This document shows positions 35,238 through 45,700 of a stretch of DNA of 64,000 nt, one piece after another. How positions within the stretch are numbered: position 1 is the stretch's first letter; each line of letters starts with the position of its first letter. The stretch is from positions 248,001-312,000 of the IMG/VR virus record IMGVR_UViG_3300042010_000106; one strand, given 5' to 3'. Position numbers and translations under genes: made by a program. Under the pieces are notes generated by a model, which was not told the origin of the DNA, did no database searches, and saw nothing but the letters and a program-made list of their open reading frames with translations.

Positions 35238-35650
35238 CTGTTAAATCCGCTCTGGACGGAGTGGACGCAATCCTCGGCATCATTGCCAAAGGTGACGCAG
35301 ACCCGTCCGTAAAATTGGTAGCCATTCGTAAGCTGGCTGAAACGTTGCGCAATGACATTCAGGATATTACTGATGTCGAGTACAACAACTATATCGAAGC
35401 CAGTGATGAAACTGACTTTGACATGGAAGGCGCTGTCGAAAGTTTGCACGAACGTTTGGCGAAACAAGATTTCAACAATCTGTATGCGTACTACGATATT
35501 GACGGCATTCGCTTCGCAGATGATCGTCCGCGTGTTCGTGTTGCGATTGCAAAAGCATTGCTGCAAATTGCAGTAGAACAAAAGCGTGATGCTAACCCTG
35601 CGTGGGAAGGCGTTGTAAGTACCGAAGGCTTTATCGGAGGCGACGAATAA
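35234..35650 (+). CDS. Acidic hypothetical protein
   Basis: Start MTVKSALD at 35234 (GGAG SD). Confidence 0.75.
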   Translation: MTVKSALDGVDAILGIIAKGDADPSVKLVAIRKLAETLRNDIQDITDVEYNNYIEASDETDFDMEGAVESLHERLAKQDFNNLYAYYDIDGIRFADDRPRVRVAIAKALLQIAVEQKRDANPAWEGVVSTEGFIGGDE

Positions 35651-35651
35651 A

Positions 35652-38600
35652 ATGTCTGAACTTTGGGCAAAAAATCGAATCGCGGATTCGATGGCTCGTT
35701 ATCGTGAATCGGAATTCATGGCAACAGCCGCAGACGACACAACCACCGAAACCAACTTCGTCCGCTCTATGCGTCCGGTCGCCCTCGACATGGATCGTGA
35801 TAAAGAATTCGAAGGTTTCTTCTTTCCAAAAGGCGAAGCAACTCCAGACGGTTACACGGCGCGTGAATTCTTGCTGCCTGTTCTGGAATCGCTGAGTGAT
35901 GTAACGTCGAACATCAACCTGTTCTACGCGTTCATGCGTCAATGTATGAACAACGCCAACCACATTTCTGGTATGAGTCAGGAAGACGCACAGACTTATA
36001 TCGACATGTATTTCCACGACACGTTCCGTATGAAACGTGCCGAAAGCTCTACCAAAACAATCGTACAAAACTTCCTGATCGCAATTCGCGCATCGTCTTC
36101 TTCGTTCCACAATATCTATCGTTCTGCTCGTTATGCAGACGGTGTTGATATCGTGATGAATGGCACCGGTGACGACGTACGCGGTCGCGATGTTCCGCCT
36201 GTGTTCTTCGGTTCCATGGACGCTGATTTGCACGGCCCATCGTTCCTGAATAACGGCGGTCGTCACGAATGGGCAGTTGATCGTGAACGTCGCGGCAAAT
36301 GGCAATCCACTTTCGGTCTGAATCTGGTAGCCGCTGCAAAAGATATCAGCGTTTTCCTGTTTGGCACTTCTGCAATCAGCGACCGTACGCTTCACAAATC
36401 GCTGAGTCTTTCGACAGAATTCACAAAGATTGAAGAAATCTTTACCCGTCACACCGGGTTCAAACTGCCGAAGGAAATGATTACCGACCTGAACATTACC
36501 AACCATTTGGCAGAGCAATTTCTGCAAGTGGAAATGCTCAAGGTTCCAAGCGGCATGGCGAAAAACGTTGCAGCACGTGTACGCGCCGGTAACATCCGCA
36601 AGCCGTCTGACTTCACTGGTGAAGTTGGCCGCTCCAGCATGCACGAAGCGAACACGCTTGTTGAACATCGTATGAACAGCGACGATGAATTCATTTCGCC
36701 TGAAGCTGAAGCGCTGAACGTTTGCCTGCGTTCTACAATTCGTTTCACACTGGAAAAAGACATCGCAAATTATGTCAGCCAGTCTGAAGAACACGAACGC
36801 CCAAGCCTGAGCCGTATCAACGCGTGGTTCTCCCTGTACATCGGCCAAGTATTGCGCGCACGTGCGACCGCAAAACGTAAAGGCCAACCGAAATCGCGTA
36901 ACGCTTCGACAATCAGCATGAACGACATTCCTCGCTATGCGATGGGTGCAACAACGCTGAAGAAATTGTCGGATATTCGTGCGTCCAATGGTTTCGTTGT
37001 AGAAAAAACCAAAGGCAACAGCGAAGACATGTATGTAACGCCAAGCGGCACGTTGTCTGTGCGCCCAAGCGTTGACGCATTCAAAGCTTCCACACAAGCA
37101 GAAGACTACGAAAAGTTGTCTGATGAAATTCTGGAAATTTTGAACCGTTACGACATTCCGATGGCTGCTTTCCAAAGCAATCCTCGCGCTGATGCGTGGC
37201 CGCACATTAACGCAGTTGATATCGAAAAGCTGTGGGAATTGCTGCAAGAATTGAAATCGTATGACGGCGCTCTGATCGGTTACGATTGGGACTACGGCGT
37301 ACAGATTTATGCTTCGTCCACTCCCGGCATTCTGACGACTTCGTTGGAAAACGGTGCTGTAACTCCTGACGCTTTGACCATTGCCGACCAGCTCGGTTAC
37401 AACATGGCGAAAGAAGGTCAGCAGCCGATGAAACGTAGCTTTGCGTCTACTATGTACACGCTGACTTACGCGCATCCGGTTGGACAAGTTAAACGCGAAT
37501 CGGAACGTATGTACGGTGCCGACGCAGATGCAGGCGCAGCAGCTTTTGCGAAGTCGAACATCGTAAAAGAAATTGTTAACCTGTACCTGAAACTCGCGTA
37601 CAACGATAACAAAGCGCCGAAAATGGATGTGCTTGCGAAGAATGCAATGCGCGCCCTCGGCCTTGAGAAATTGCCGACTGAAAAAGGTCACGATTACTCT
37701 TCGCTTTACCTGCGTTATTTCACCCCTGAAGGTGACATGAAACGCGAAACAACCACGTCTATTCGTGCGTTGCCTGTCGAACTGCTGGCCGATGCAATGA
37801 CGCAAGCAAGCGGCGGGCCGGGTTCGCAATTGTGGCATGACACCTACGAACAAATGGCAACCGGCGACAAATTGCCGAAGTCTTATGAGGTTGCGGAGGA
37901 ACTCGAAAACCATCCGAACTTCTTCAACACTTCGACATCGACTACTGCTGAATTCACCAAGCTGTATTCGTATTTCGGTGGTCAATTCTTCAAACAAATT
38001 CTCGATGCAATCAACAGTATTCCGGCCTCGGATTATCTGAACGAACGCAAATCGAAAGTAAGTGTTGAAGTCGGTGCAAACCCGTATCGTGATGATGGCA
38101 TTCCATTGGTTCTGGAACTGACTACACCGTCCAACACCACGATCATGAAAGACATTCTCCCGTACACTTTGATGCTCGGGAAATACGCAGTAAATCACGA
38201 AACGATTTTCGCTGAAGCTGACGAACAAGTAGAATCGTTGCAGCCGGATACTGGTTTCACCGCTGACGATTTGAAAATTCCGGGCATGGTTGCAGATGAT
38301 CGCGCCATTTTCCCGCACCAAGAAAGCGTGCAAGCTTCGTTGCGTAAACCAGTTCCTCCAGCCTTCGCAATTCTCGCACTTGATCCGGGTGGTGGTAAAA
38401 CCGGCCAAGGCGTAATCGACATGACCTGTATGGTTCGTGATATGTCGAGCGTTGGTAACGTGGTGCGTCCATTGGTGATTTGCCCTAACGGTCTGATTAC
38501 TCAATGGTGTGAAGACATCAAATATTTCCTCGGCGCAAACTGGAACGCGTTTCCACTGTCTGCCGATGTGATGAAACGTTGGGGTCAAGACAAGTTGCTG

Positions 38601-41600
38601 GCGTACGCTGCGAAAGCACCGGCCAACACAATCTTTATCGCTTCGATGACTTTCATTCAAGGCCGTAACGTAAAACTTACCATTGGTAACGCGCAAATCG
38701 ACGTTCCGATGAACCTTGAATTCGTGCGCCGCTTGGGTTGCAGCTATGTTGCAATCGACGAATCGCACAACCTGAAAAACTTCACGTCTTCCCGTCACAA
38801 AGCTGTGAAAGCTCTGACCACTGCAACCACCGTGAAATGGATTCGTCTGTTGACCGGTACAATCATGCCCGACCGCGCACGCGATATCGAAGGCCAGATT
38901 GCATTGCATAGCCCGGCTGTTTTCCGCAGTGGCGAAATCGCGATGATTAAATCCGATGCGGACGTGGGCGAAGAAGACGTAATTATCGACGGCAAAGCTG
39001 TTGCTACTTACACACCGCTCAACGCAAAACGCGCTGTAGATAAGCTGAGTCATTACGCTGCATTCATTGTGAAAAAGCGTAAGGAATGGGCGTTCATGTT
39101 GCCCGCTCCAATCGAACGTTTCCTCGCTATCGGCATGGTCGATACCGACGAAGGAAGCATGACCAGCGAACTTGAACGTGAACAGCAAAAACTTCACGCA
39201 CAACTCTATGAGACTGTGTTGAAGAAAACGCTGGAAGACGTGAAGAAACTGCAAGCGCAGAAAAACAAAGTCAGCGCAGGCGAAGACGAAGAGGAAGACA
39301 ACGGCGGTGGCGAAAGCAACCCGGATAACGACGTTGACTTTGCTGGTGAAAAGATTGACCAACTGACGTGGGAAACAAGTATTGCACGTCTGGAACGTTT
39401 GATCATTGCACCGCAATTCGACGAAGATTTCCAAAGCGTTTTCGGTGATGCTGGCGCGAATTTCAAATCGCGAAAAGCCAAGTACATTGCCAACCTCGTA
39501 GACGACCACTTCCATCCGGCAGCATGGCGCCGGGGCCAGTCTTACAAAGAATACAATTTGGTTGCCCATGGCGATAAACTTTATGTTGCTCGCAAATGGA
39601 ACGCTCAAGTTGCAGACCACGTTGCACTTCCACCAGAAGTTCAGAACATTGCACCACCGGATGCGCCTGAATACTGGAAAGAAGAACCACGCGGCAAGTG
39701 CATTGTTATTACACGGTACAACTACAGCGCCCGCGCAGTTTATGAAGCGCTGCCTGCTGAGTACCAACGTCAAGCGGTGATTTTCACCGGTGACGAACCG
39801 AATAAGCACGAAGGGTTTAACCGTTTCAAAACGGATAACAAAATCCAGATCCTTATCGCGAACGAACAAGGTATGTCCGAAGGTCACAACCTGCAACTTG
39901 CAAGCCGGATTATCCGTGCTGAAAGTCCGTGGGGGCCGGGTGCACTGAGCCAGACTAACGCCCGTATTTTCCGTCCTGATCCGAAAGGTGCAATGGCGGC
40001 TGCGAACGGTAGCGGCGAAATGACGCGTGACGTTGTTTTCCTTGATTGGGTATTGGCAAACAACACGATGGAAGTTCCTAAACTTGCGCGTGTTATTTCG
40101 AAGACGTTCGGTATCGTACGTTTCACCGAAGCCGACAACCCACGTTACAAAGGCGTGCTGTCGCAATACATCGTTCCAACCGAAAAGGAAAACCCTGAGC
40201 TTTCCCTCGGCGTGGAAATGTTGGCAAACATTAAAGGTCTGCAAGACTCGCCATTTAAAGAAATGGTTGGTTCTGATACCGAAGTCGGCGCTTATCAAGC
40301 GTTGAACAAAGTTGAAAACCAAGAATTCCGGGAAATGCGCCAGACCCAACGTGCTGTGATGCTTCCAATCCAAGCCGATGCAAACGTGCCCGGTGCAGAA
40401 CGTATGGAAGTGTTGCCTTTCGTGCCGAACCAACCAATTCCAGATCCGAAAGGTTGGGAGCCGGTTGTAGTTGCACACGTATTGCGTGATGAAAAGATCG
40501 CAAGTAATTACGACGAAGAATTGTTCGGTAAACCCGTGATGACAGAATTCGGCCTCGGTCGGATTGTTAACTTCACCACGAAAAAGGGTAGCGGCGGCAA
40601 AGTGCTTTCGAGCATCAAAGTCCGTATCAAAAACCCACCGGCTGACTTCGACGAATGGCAGACCATCGACGCGACACTGGTTCACCTTGTAACTGGTGAA
40701 ATCAAACGCGAAGATTTGCCGTTGTTTGACGTGCCACTTGATCGTACTCCTACGGATGCGAAAAGGTCTGACCGCCAAGCAGAACGTGAGCAGAAACAGC
40801 GCGAAGCACAGGAAGCCGAAGAAGAGAAAGAACGTCAAATTCGTGAACGTCAAGCAGCGAAGACAATCCGCATCGTTAAGAAACAAGATGCCGATGGTCA
40901 GAAACGCCGTGAGAACGAAGCGAAAGGCCGTCCACTCAACGAAGGCGTCTACACAATTGATCAAGGTACACCGCTGCCTACAGCAATCACCAAAGCCGTC
41001 ATTCCTGAAGGTGGTGATCCAACTGTCGGCGTAATCGTTGAAGGGGATAACACAGTAAATGTTTATCCTGCTTACTACCACGGCTTTGCAACACTGGAAG
41101 CTGAGTTCGACGAAACCGCAGTGAACCTGAAAAAACTTGGTTTCAAACACACGCCGCCGTACGCGTTCGTGGTTGTTTCCAACAAGAAGAAATTCCACGC
41201 CATCTACGAATACTTGCACAATAACTTCGATCTTCGCGACAAAACTGTTTCGATGATTGAGGAAATCAACAACGCATTCGAACCGGGCCGGAAAAACGTA
41301 CACAACCTGTGGTACAAACTTGAACTGGCGCCGGTAACGTCGCTGCCGGGTTTCTTCAACACGTCGAAACGTATTGTTGAAAACCGTCGTGAAGTCCGGG
41401 TGTTCCCGGTGTTCATGGAAGATCAAGTCATGCTCTGCATTGACCTGCGTACAAACCCTGCAATTTTGAAACATATCGGCAAAGCAATTCCGGGTGCTGG
41501 TACGAAATGGCAGAAGTCCGATGGTCATTGGTTCTACTTCGGCAAAGGCAAAACTGATTTGCGTGACATGATCGCGAAAATCAAACGCAACGGCTACGAT

Positions 41601-41666
41601 GTTGTGAACGCCAAAGAAGCGCTGAAAGAGCTGACCGAACTTCGGTTCAAATTCCGCAAAGACTGA
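35652..41666 (+). CDS. 2004-aa SNF2-family (SF2) ATPase with large unknown N- and C-terminal regions
   Basis: HQESV...LALDPGGGKT (I), VAIDESHNLKN (II), LLTGT (III), EGHNLQ (V), QTNARIFR (VI). Confidence 0.85.
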   Translation: MSELWAKNRIADSMARYRESEFMATAADDTTTETNFVRSMRPVALDMDRDKEFEGFFFPKGEATPDGYTAREFLLPVLESLSDVTSNINLFYAFMRQCMNNANHISGMSQEDAQTYIDMYFHDTFRMKRAESSTKTIVQNFLIAIRASSSSFHNIYRSARYADGVDIVMNGTGDDVRGRDVPPVFFGSMDADLHGPSFLNNGGRHEWAVDRERRGKWQSTFGLNLVAAAKDISVFLFGTSAISDRTLHKSLSLSTEFTKIEEIFTRHTGFKLPKEMITDLNITNHLAEQFLQVEMLKVPSGMAKNVAARVRAGNIRKPSDFTGEVGRSSMHEANTLVEHRMNSDDEFISPEAEALNVCLRSTIRFTLEKDIANYVSQSEEHERPSLSRINAWFSLYIGQVLRARATAKRKGQPKSRNASTISMNDIPRYAMGATTLKKLSDIRASNGFVVEKTKGNSEDMYVTPSGTLSVRPSVDAFKASTQAEDYEKLSDEILEILNRYDIPMAAFQSNPRADAWPHINAVDIEKLWELLQELKSYDGALIGYDWDYGVQIYASSTPGILTTSLENGAVTPDALTIADQLGYNMAKEGQQPMKRSFASTMYTLTYAHPVGQVKRESERMYGADADAGAAAFAKSNIVKEIVNLYLKLAYNDNKAPKMDVLAKNAMRALGLEKLPTEKGHDYSSLYLRYFTPEGDMKRETTTSIRALPVELLADAMTQASGGPGSQLWHDTYEQMATGDKLPKSYEVAEELENHPNFFNTSTSTTAEFTKLYSYFGGQFFKQILDAINSIPASDYLNERKSKVSVEVGANPYRDDGIPLVLELTTPSNTTIMKDILPYTLMLGKYAVNHETIFAEADEQVESLQPDTGFTADDLKIPGMVADDRAIFPHQESVQASLRKPVPPAFAILALDPGGGKTGQGVIDMTCMVRDMSSVGNVVRPLVICPNGLITQWCEDIKYFLGANWNAFPLSADVMKRWGQDKLLAYAAKAPANTIFIASMTFIQGRNVKLTIGNAQIDVPMNLEFVRRLGCSYVAIDESHNLKNFTSSRHKAVKALTTATTVKWIRLLTGTIMPDRARDIEGQIALHSPAVFRSGEIAMIKSDADVGEEDVIIDGKAVATYTPLNAKRAVDKLSHYAAFIVKKRKEWAFMLPAPIERFLAIGMVDTDEGSMTSELEREQQKLHAQLYETVLKKTLEDVKKLQAQKNKVSAGEDEEEDNGGGESNPDNDVDFAGEKIDQLTWETSIARLERLIIAPQFDEDFQSVFGDAGANFKSRKAKYIANLVDDHFHPAAWRRGQSYKEYNLVAHGDKLYVARKWNAQVADHVALPPEVQNIAPPDAPEYWKEEPRGKCIVITRYNYSARAVYEALPAEYQRQAVIFTGDEPNKHEGFNRFKTDNKIQILIANEQGMSEGHNLQLASRIIRAESPWGPGALSQTNARIFRPDPKGAMAAANGSGEMTRDVVFLDWVLANNTMEVPKLARVISKTFGIVRFTEADNPRYKGVLSQYIVPTEKENPELSLGVEMLANIKGLQDSPFKEMVGSDTEVGAYQALNKVENQEFREMRQTQRAVMLPIQADANVPGAERMEVLPFVPNQPIPDPKGWEPVVVAHVLRDEKIASNYDEELFGKPVMTEFGLGRIVNFTTKKGSGGKVLSSIKVRIKNPPADFDEWQTIDATLVHLVTGEIKREDLPLFDVPLDRTPTDAKRSDRQAEREQKQREAQEAEEEKERQIRERQAAKTIRIVKKQDADGQKRRENEAKGRPLNEGVYTIDQGTPLPTAITKAVIPEGGDPTVGVIVEGDNTVNVYPAYYHGFATLEAEFDETAVNLKKLGFKHTPPYAFVVVSNKKKFHAIYEYLHNNFDLRDKTVSMIEEINNAFEPGRKNVHNLWYKLELAPVTSLPGFFNTSKRIVENRREVRVFPVFMEDQVMLCIDLRTNPAILKHIGKAIPGAGTKWQKSDGHWFYFGKGKTDLRDMIAKIKRNGYDVVNAKEALKELTELRFKFRKD

Positions 41667-41708
41667 TAACGGACGGGCCAAGGACGGCCCAACCATTGGA
41701 GAGAAATA

Positions 41709-42170
41709 ATGCAATATTCTGATATGGAACTACGCGCACAACAATTGGTGTTGGCATTCCTCGGTTTCTATAACGGGATGATCGACGGCATTTGGAGCGG
41801 CGCAACAATCAAAGCAATGCAGGCGTTTGAATGCGACGATAAATTCCTGCCTGCCGTTCCAACCACGGGCTATCCGTTCGCGGCTCGCTCGCGTCTGCCG
41901 AAGGGAATGTATTGGGATAAGAATCTCGTTGCACACGTGAAACTGACTCCTGAAATTGCTGCTGAGCTTTTGCAGAAACGTTCCCCGCGTGCTGCTGCCC
42001 CTGTCGTGGAAACGCCAGTTGAAAAGGTTGTTGAAACTGAAGTGCCTGTAGTCGAAGAACAGAAAGAACCTGTCGTGGAAACGCCGGTTGTTGAGGTTCC
42101 GAAAGTGCAGACGCAACAGCCACAACAAAACCACCAGCACCGCGACCGCAATGATCGCCAGCGCCGTTAA
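41709..42170 (+). CDS. Peptidoglycan-binding-domain protein with PVVE-repeat tail
   Basis: LAFLGFYNGMIDGIWSGATIKAMQAFE matches the PG_binding_1 consensus (LGY..G.iDG..G..T..A...FQ). Confidence 0.75.
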   Translation: MQYSDMELRAQQLVLAFLGFYNGMIDGIWSGATIKAMQAFECDDKFLPAVPTTGYPFAARSRLPKGMYWDKNLVAHVKLTPEIAAELLQKRSPRAAAPVVETPVEKVVETEVPVVEEQKEPVVETPVVEVPKVQTQQPQQNHQHRDRNDRQRR

Positions 42171-42184
42171 GACCGGGGGCGATT

Positions 42185-42664
42185 ATGCACAAGACAGAAG
42201 TTGCGCTGCATTACGCCTACCTGAATATTTATAACCACGAATATCGGATTCTGACCACGAACTTTGAAAAGCTTGTGGCCGGTCACGAAACATCTGACTT
42301 TCTTGGTTATTTCGGTTTGGGTTCCGGCGAGTTCTGGACAACGAAAATCGAAGGACTGCCACACAACATTACGTCCGTCGAAATTCCAGACACAGAACTG
42401 AGTCTGTTAATGTGGAAGGATCATCCGCGTTTCATGGGATTCATTGACGCCCGACCGCAACACAAACCAATGGTGATTTTGAGCGGCGGTGACACGTCGA
42501 TTTATTCATTGCCAATCAATTGGGAAGTGTACACACAGTTGGGTACGAAGCAGTTGGCTATGCAACACCTCGGCGCTTTCGGGCGCGCTTGGATTGCGTA
42601 CGAATCACCTGAAGAAAACTTCAAACGCGTACAAGACATCATGCGTCTTTCACAAATGTTCTAA
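42185..42664 (+). CDS. Hypothetical protein
   Basis: 159 aa ORF. Confidence 0.75.
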   Translation: MHKTEVALHYAYLNIYNHEYRILTTNFEKLVAGHETSDFLGYFGLGSGEFWTTKIEGLPHNITSVEIPDTELSLLMWKDHPRFMGFIDARPQHKPMVILSGGDTSIYSLPINWEVYTQLGTKQLAMQHLGAFGRAWIAYESPEENFKRVQDIMRLSQMF

Positions 42665-42669
42665 CCAAA

Positions 42670-42701
42670 GCCCTCGTTTCCTCAATGGATTCGGGGGCTT
42701 T
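42670..42701 (+). terminator. Hairpin/terminator near-identical (31/32) to 1454-1485 (-)
   Basis: GCCCTCGTTTCCTCAATGGATTCGGGGGCTTT. Confidence 0.75.
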
Positions 42702-42715
42702 GTCGTTGGTGGCAA

Positions 42716-42725
42716 AACTGTAAAT
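42716..42725 (+). promoter_or_regulatory. AACTGTAAAT candidate promoter for the DNA polymerase operon
   Basis: 14 nt after the hairpin, ~30-40 nt before the polymerase start. Confidence 0.65.
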
Positions 42726-42753
42726 AACCTGTGTATGAGTCTCACCTTCGCGC

Positions 42754-45700
42754 ATGGATTATTTCATGAAATTTGAATACACAGAGTTTCGACACAAGTA
42801 CGGAAAGGCCCTAAAAAGCTTTGACGTTACAGGGTTCGATTACGTCGAACTCCCCAAGCACATTAACAAGAAAGCGCGTGGGAAAATCCTATTCGTTTTG
42901 GACTACATGCCGGGTGAAGCGCTCAAGCGTGGCAAGATGTTCGACGGGGCAACCGGCGACCTTCTACAAAACCTGATGTGGTGTGCTGAAGAGTACAACA
43001 AAGCACCAAACAAGCTCGACGATTATGACTGGTTGGCAATCAGTTATCACAGTGTGAAAACGCTGGGCGGCTCTTCGTCATTCTTGGAAGCAGCACACGG
43101 CGAATTTAAAAAGCGCCTTGAGTATGTAATTGAGAAATACAAACCCAATACCGTCGTGACGTTCGGCCCCGACCCAACCAAAGCACTGAACGACGAATTT
43201 ATCTCGCAGCACAAAGGTAAAAAGGGTGTGCAGTATCAGCACTTCTACGGGGTGCCGATTCCTACAGAAATCAAAGGTCATAAATTCAAACACGTTCCGA
43301 CCTTGAGTCTGCGCACACTGCAAAAAGACGACGGCACCATGGCAGCAGCCGGGTACGTTGCGCGCAACCTGACAACCGCACTCAACGATGGCAAGTTGAT
43401 GTATCGCGTTCCCAAACTGGATTACAAAATCAAGGTTGTGGACACGATTGAAAAGTTCGACAAAATGTACAAGAAATTGTGCAAAGCGAAAGTCGTTGCA
43501 ATCGACACGGAAACCCGGAACCTCAAGCGCCGTAAGAACTACACGGTAACTTGGCAGTTCGCGATTGATAAAGACTGCGCGTACATCCTGCCATTCCTGC
43601 ATAAAGATTCACCGTTTATGCCGGAGGAAATCACGTACATCAAGAACAAGCTGCGTGACTACTTCGAATGGGAAAACGAAAACGAATTAAACATCTATGC
43701 AAACGCGGCGTTCGACTTGATCGGTGCCCGTCGTGATGCTGGCGTGCGTTATTTCAAAGCGCCGCTGTGGTGTGTAATCGCTGGTGAATTCGCACGTGAT
43801 GAAAACCACAAAGCGATTCAGGCAGTCACCGGCCAGAACTATTATTCGTTGCTCAATATCTGTATGCAGTATGGATGTCGGGCGTATTACGAATCGGACT
43901 TCGGTAAAGAAAACCGGGCGTTCATTGCAGACGAAGATTTGGCTGGCCCCGTGCTGACGTACATGGCGCTTGACGTAATCACACTTCTGCACATTCAGGA
44001 ACAGCAAGCCAAGTATGGCCGCGTAATCGGGTATGAGAAATACTACTCGATGGTTTCTGAGCAAATGAGTGACCAGATTCACACGCTGTCCAACCTTGAA
44101 TACAACGGCTCGTACCTCGACATCGACTGGCTGTTCAAACTCAAATCGAAAGATTCACAAATCGTTAAGGAGAAAAACAAGGTCACGAAAGCCTTGTATG
44201 ATTCTGACGGTGTGCGCAAAGCAAACAAATTGCTGGCGAAGAAATCCGGTGCGCCGGGTATGGGAATGTTCGGGCGTGTGAAGCACGACATTTTCAGCAT
44301 CCGTAAAGCAGAACACAAAGAGCTTTTGTTCTTTGATGTTCTCGGACTCAAACCCCTGTTCCTGAACAAAAAGGGCAAGGGCAAGATCGACAAAGATTTC
44401 CAGAAGAAGTACGAAGACGTTGCAGAGATTAAGCTGTTCACAGAGCTGACGAAAATTGACAAGCTGTACAACGCTTATGTGAAAAGCTTCGTTCTGAAAT
44501 GGGGTAACGACGACGATTTCCGTTCTGATAAACACATGCGTCCGCGATTCGGTTATCTCGACGTAGTGACAGGCCGGACATCTGCAAAAGATCCAACACT
44601 TCAAACAATTCCGCAACGTTCGGCAATGGGCAAGATGATCAAACGTCTGTTCATTACGCACGAAGGCCGAATCATTGTTAAGGTGGACTATAGCGCACAC
44701 GAAGTTCGTGGTTGGTCGCTAATCTCCGAAGACATGGAAGTGGCTGACGTATTCCGCGAAGGTCTGGTACTGCGTCAAAAGTTCAAGAAAAAACCAACGG
44801 TCGAATTGGCTGAACAACTTGAGCTGAAAGGTGACGTACACAAAATCAACGCCGCTTACTTCTTCCGTAAAGACGTTTCCGAAGTTGACAAGGCGATGCG
44901 TCAATCCGTTAAGCAGGTAATTTTCGGATTGATTTACCAACAGGGCGAGAAAGGTACTGCCAAGTCGATTAACGCGACTGTGGAAATGGTACAGAATCTG
45001 ACCAAGGAATTCTTTAAACGTTTCCCGGTCGGTGCGAAGTGGTTTGATAAGGCGAAACAACACGCACGTGAATTCCTGTTTGTTGAATCGCCGTTGGGCC
45101 GTCGCCGTAACCTGTGGGGTTTGATGACGCCGAAGTCTCACGATGAAAGCGGCAACATCCTTGCACGTAACGAGCGCCAAGCTGTAAACAGTCCAGTACA
45201 GGGCATGGGTTCCGACTTTATGATGACTGGTGCACGGCAGATTGAACGCCTGCGCTTTGAGCATTATCAGGCGACCGGGCACTATCCTGATTTCATTCAA
45301 AACAACAGCGTGCATGACTCCCTTGAATTCTCCTGTGCTTATGAGGATTTGTGGCTGGCAATCAAAATGATCGAACAAGGTTTGACGACTGAAGTTGAGC
45401 GAATTTCCATGGAACGTCATGGATTCAAATTCGGTATCAGTCTCGAAATCGACTTCGACTTTGGCGGCAACCTGCGCGACGTAGAAGGTTGGAACATGTC
45501 GTTGACCGGGAAATTCCCGATCAAAGAAAAATCCAGTCTGGATGGAATTCTGGTCGAAACTTTGAAGTGGCAGAAAGAAGAACTCGGCTACGACATCGAC
45601 ATCAAACGCGATATGAAACGCCTGCATAGCAAGTTCGCTGAAGGCCCTGAGTGGGCGCACAAGCAATATGCGTTCTGGCAGAAGCAAGGCATTGACGCAC

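Noticed and set aside
35631-41714. 2027-aa antisense ORF, and similar ones at 2198-3493, 16980-18242, 19139-20455, 26569-28044, 29062-30411, 32475-33389, 54755-57100, 57143-59431
   Set aside because: They are in the same codon register as real sense genes and arise from avoidance of TTA/CTA/TCA. The translations are F/V/R/C-rich with no motifs.
42471-42491. MVILSGG in the 42185 protein as a fifth copy of the DVxxDVSGG motif
   Set aside because: It lacks the leading D and the D/N-V/I pair, and lies in an apparently folded region.
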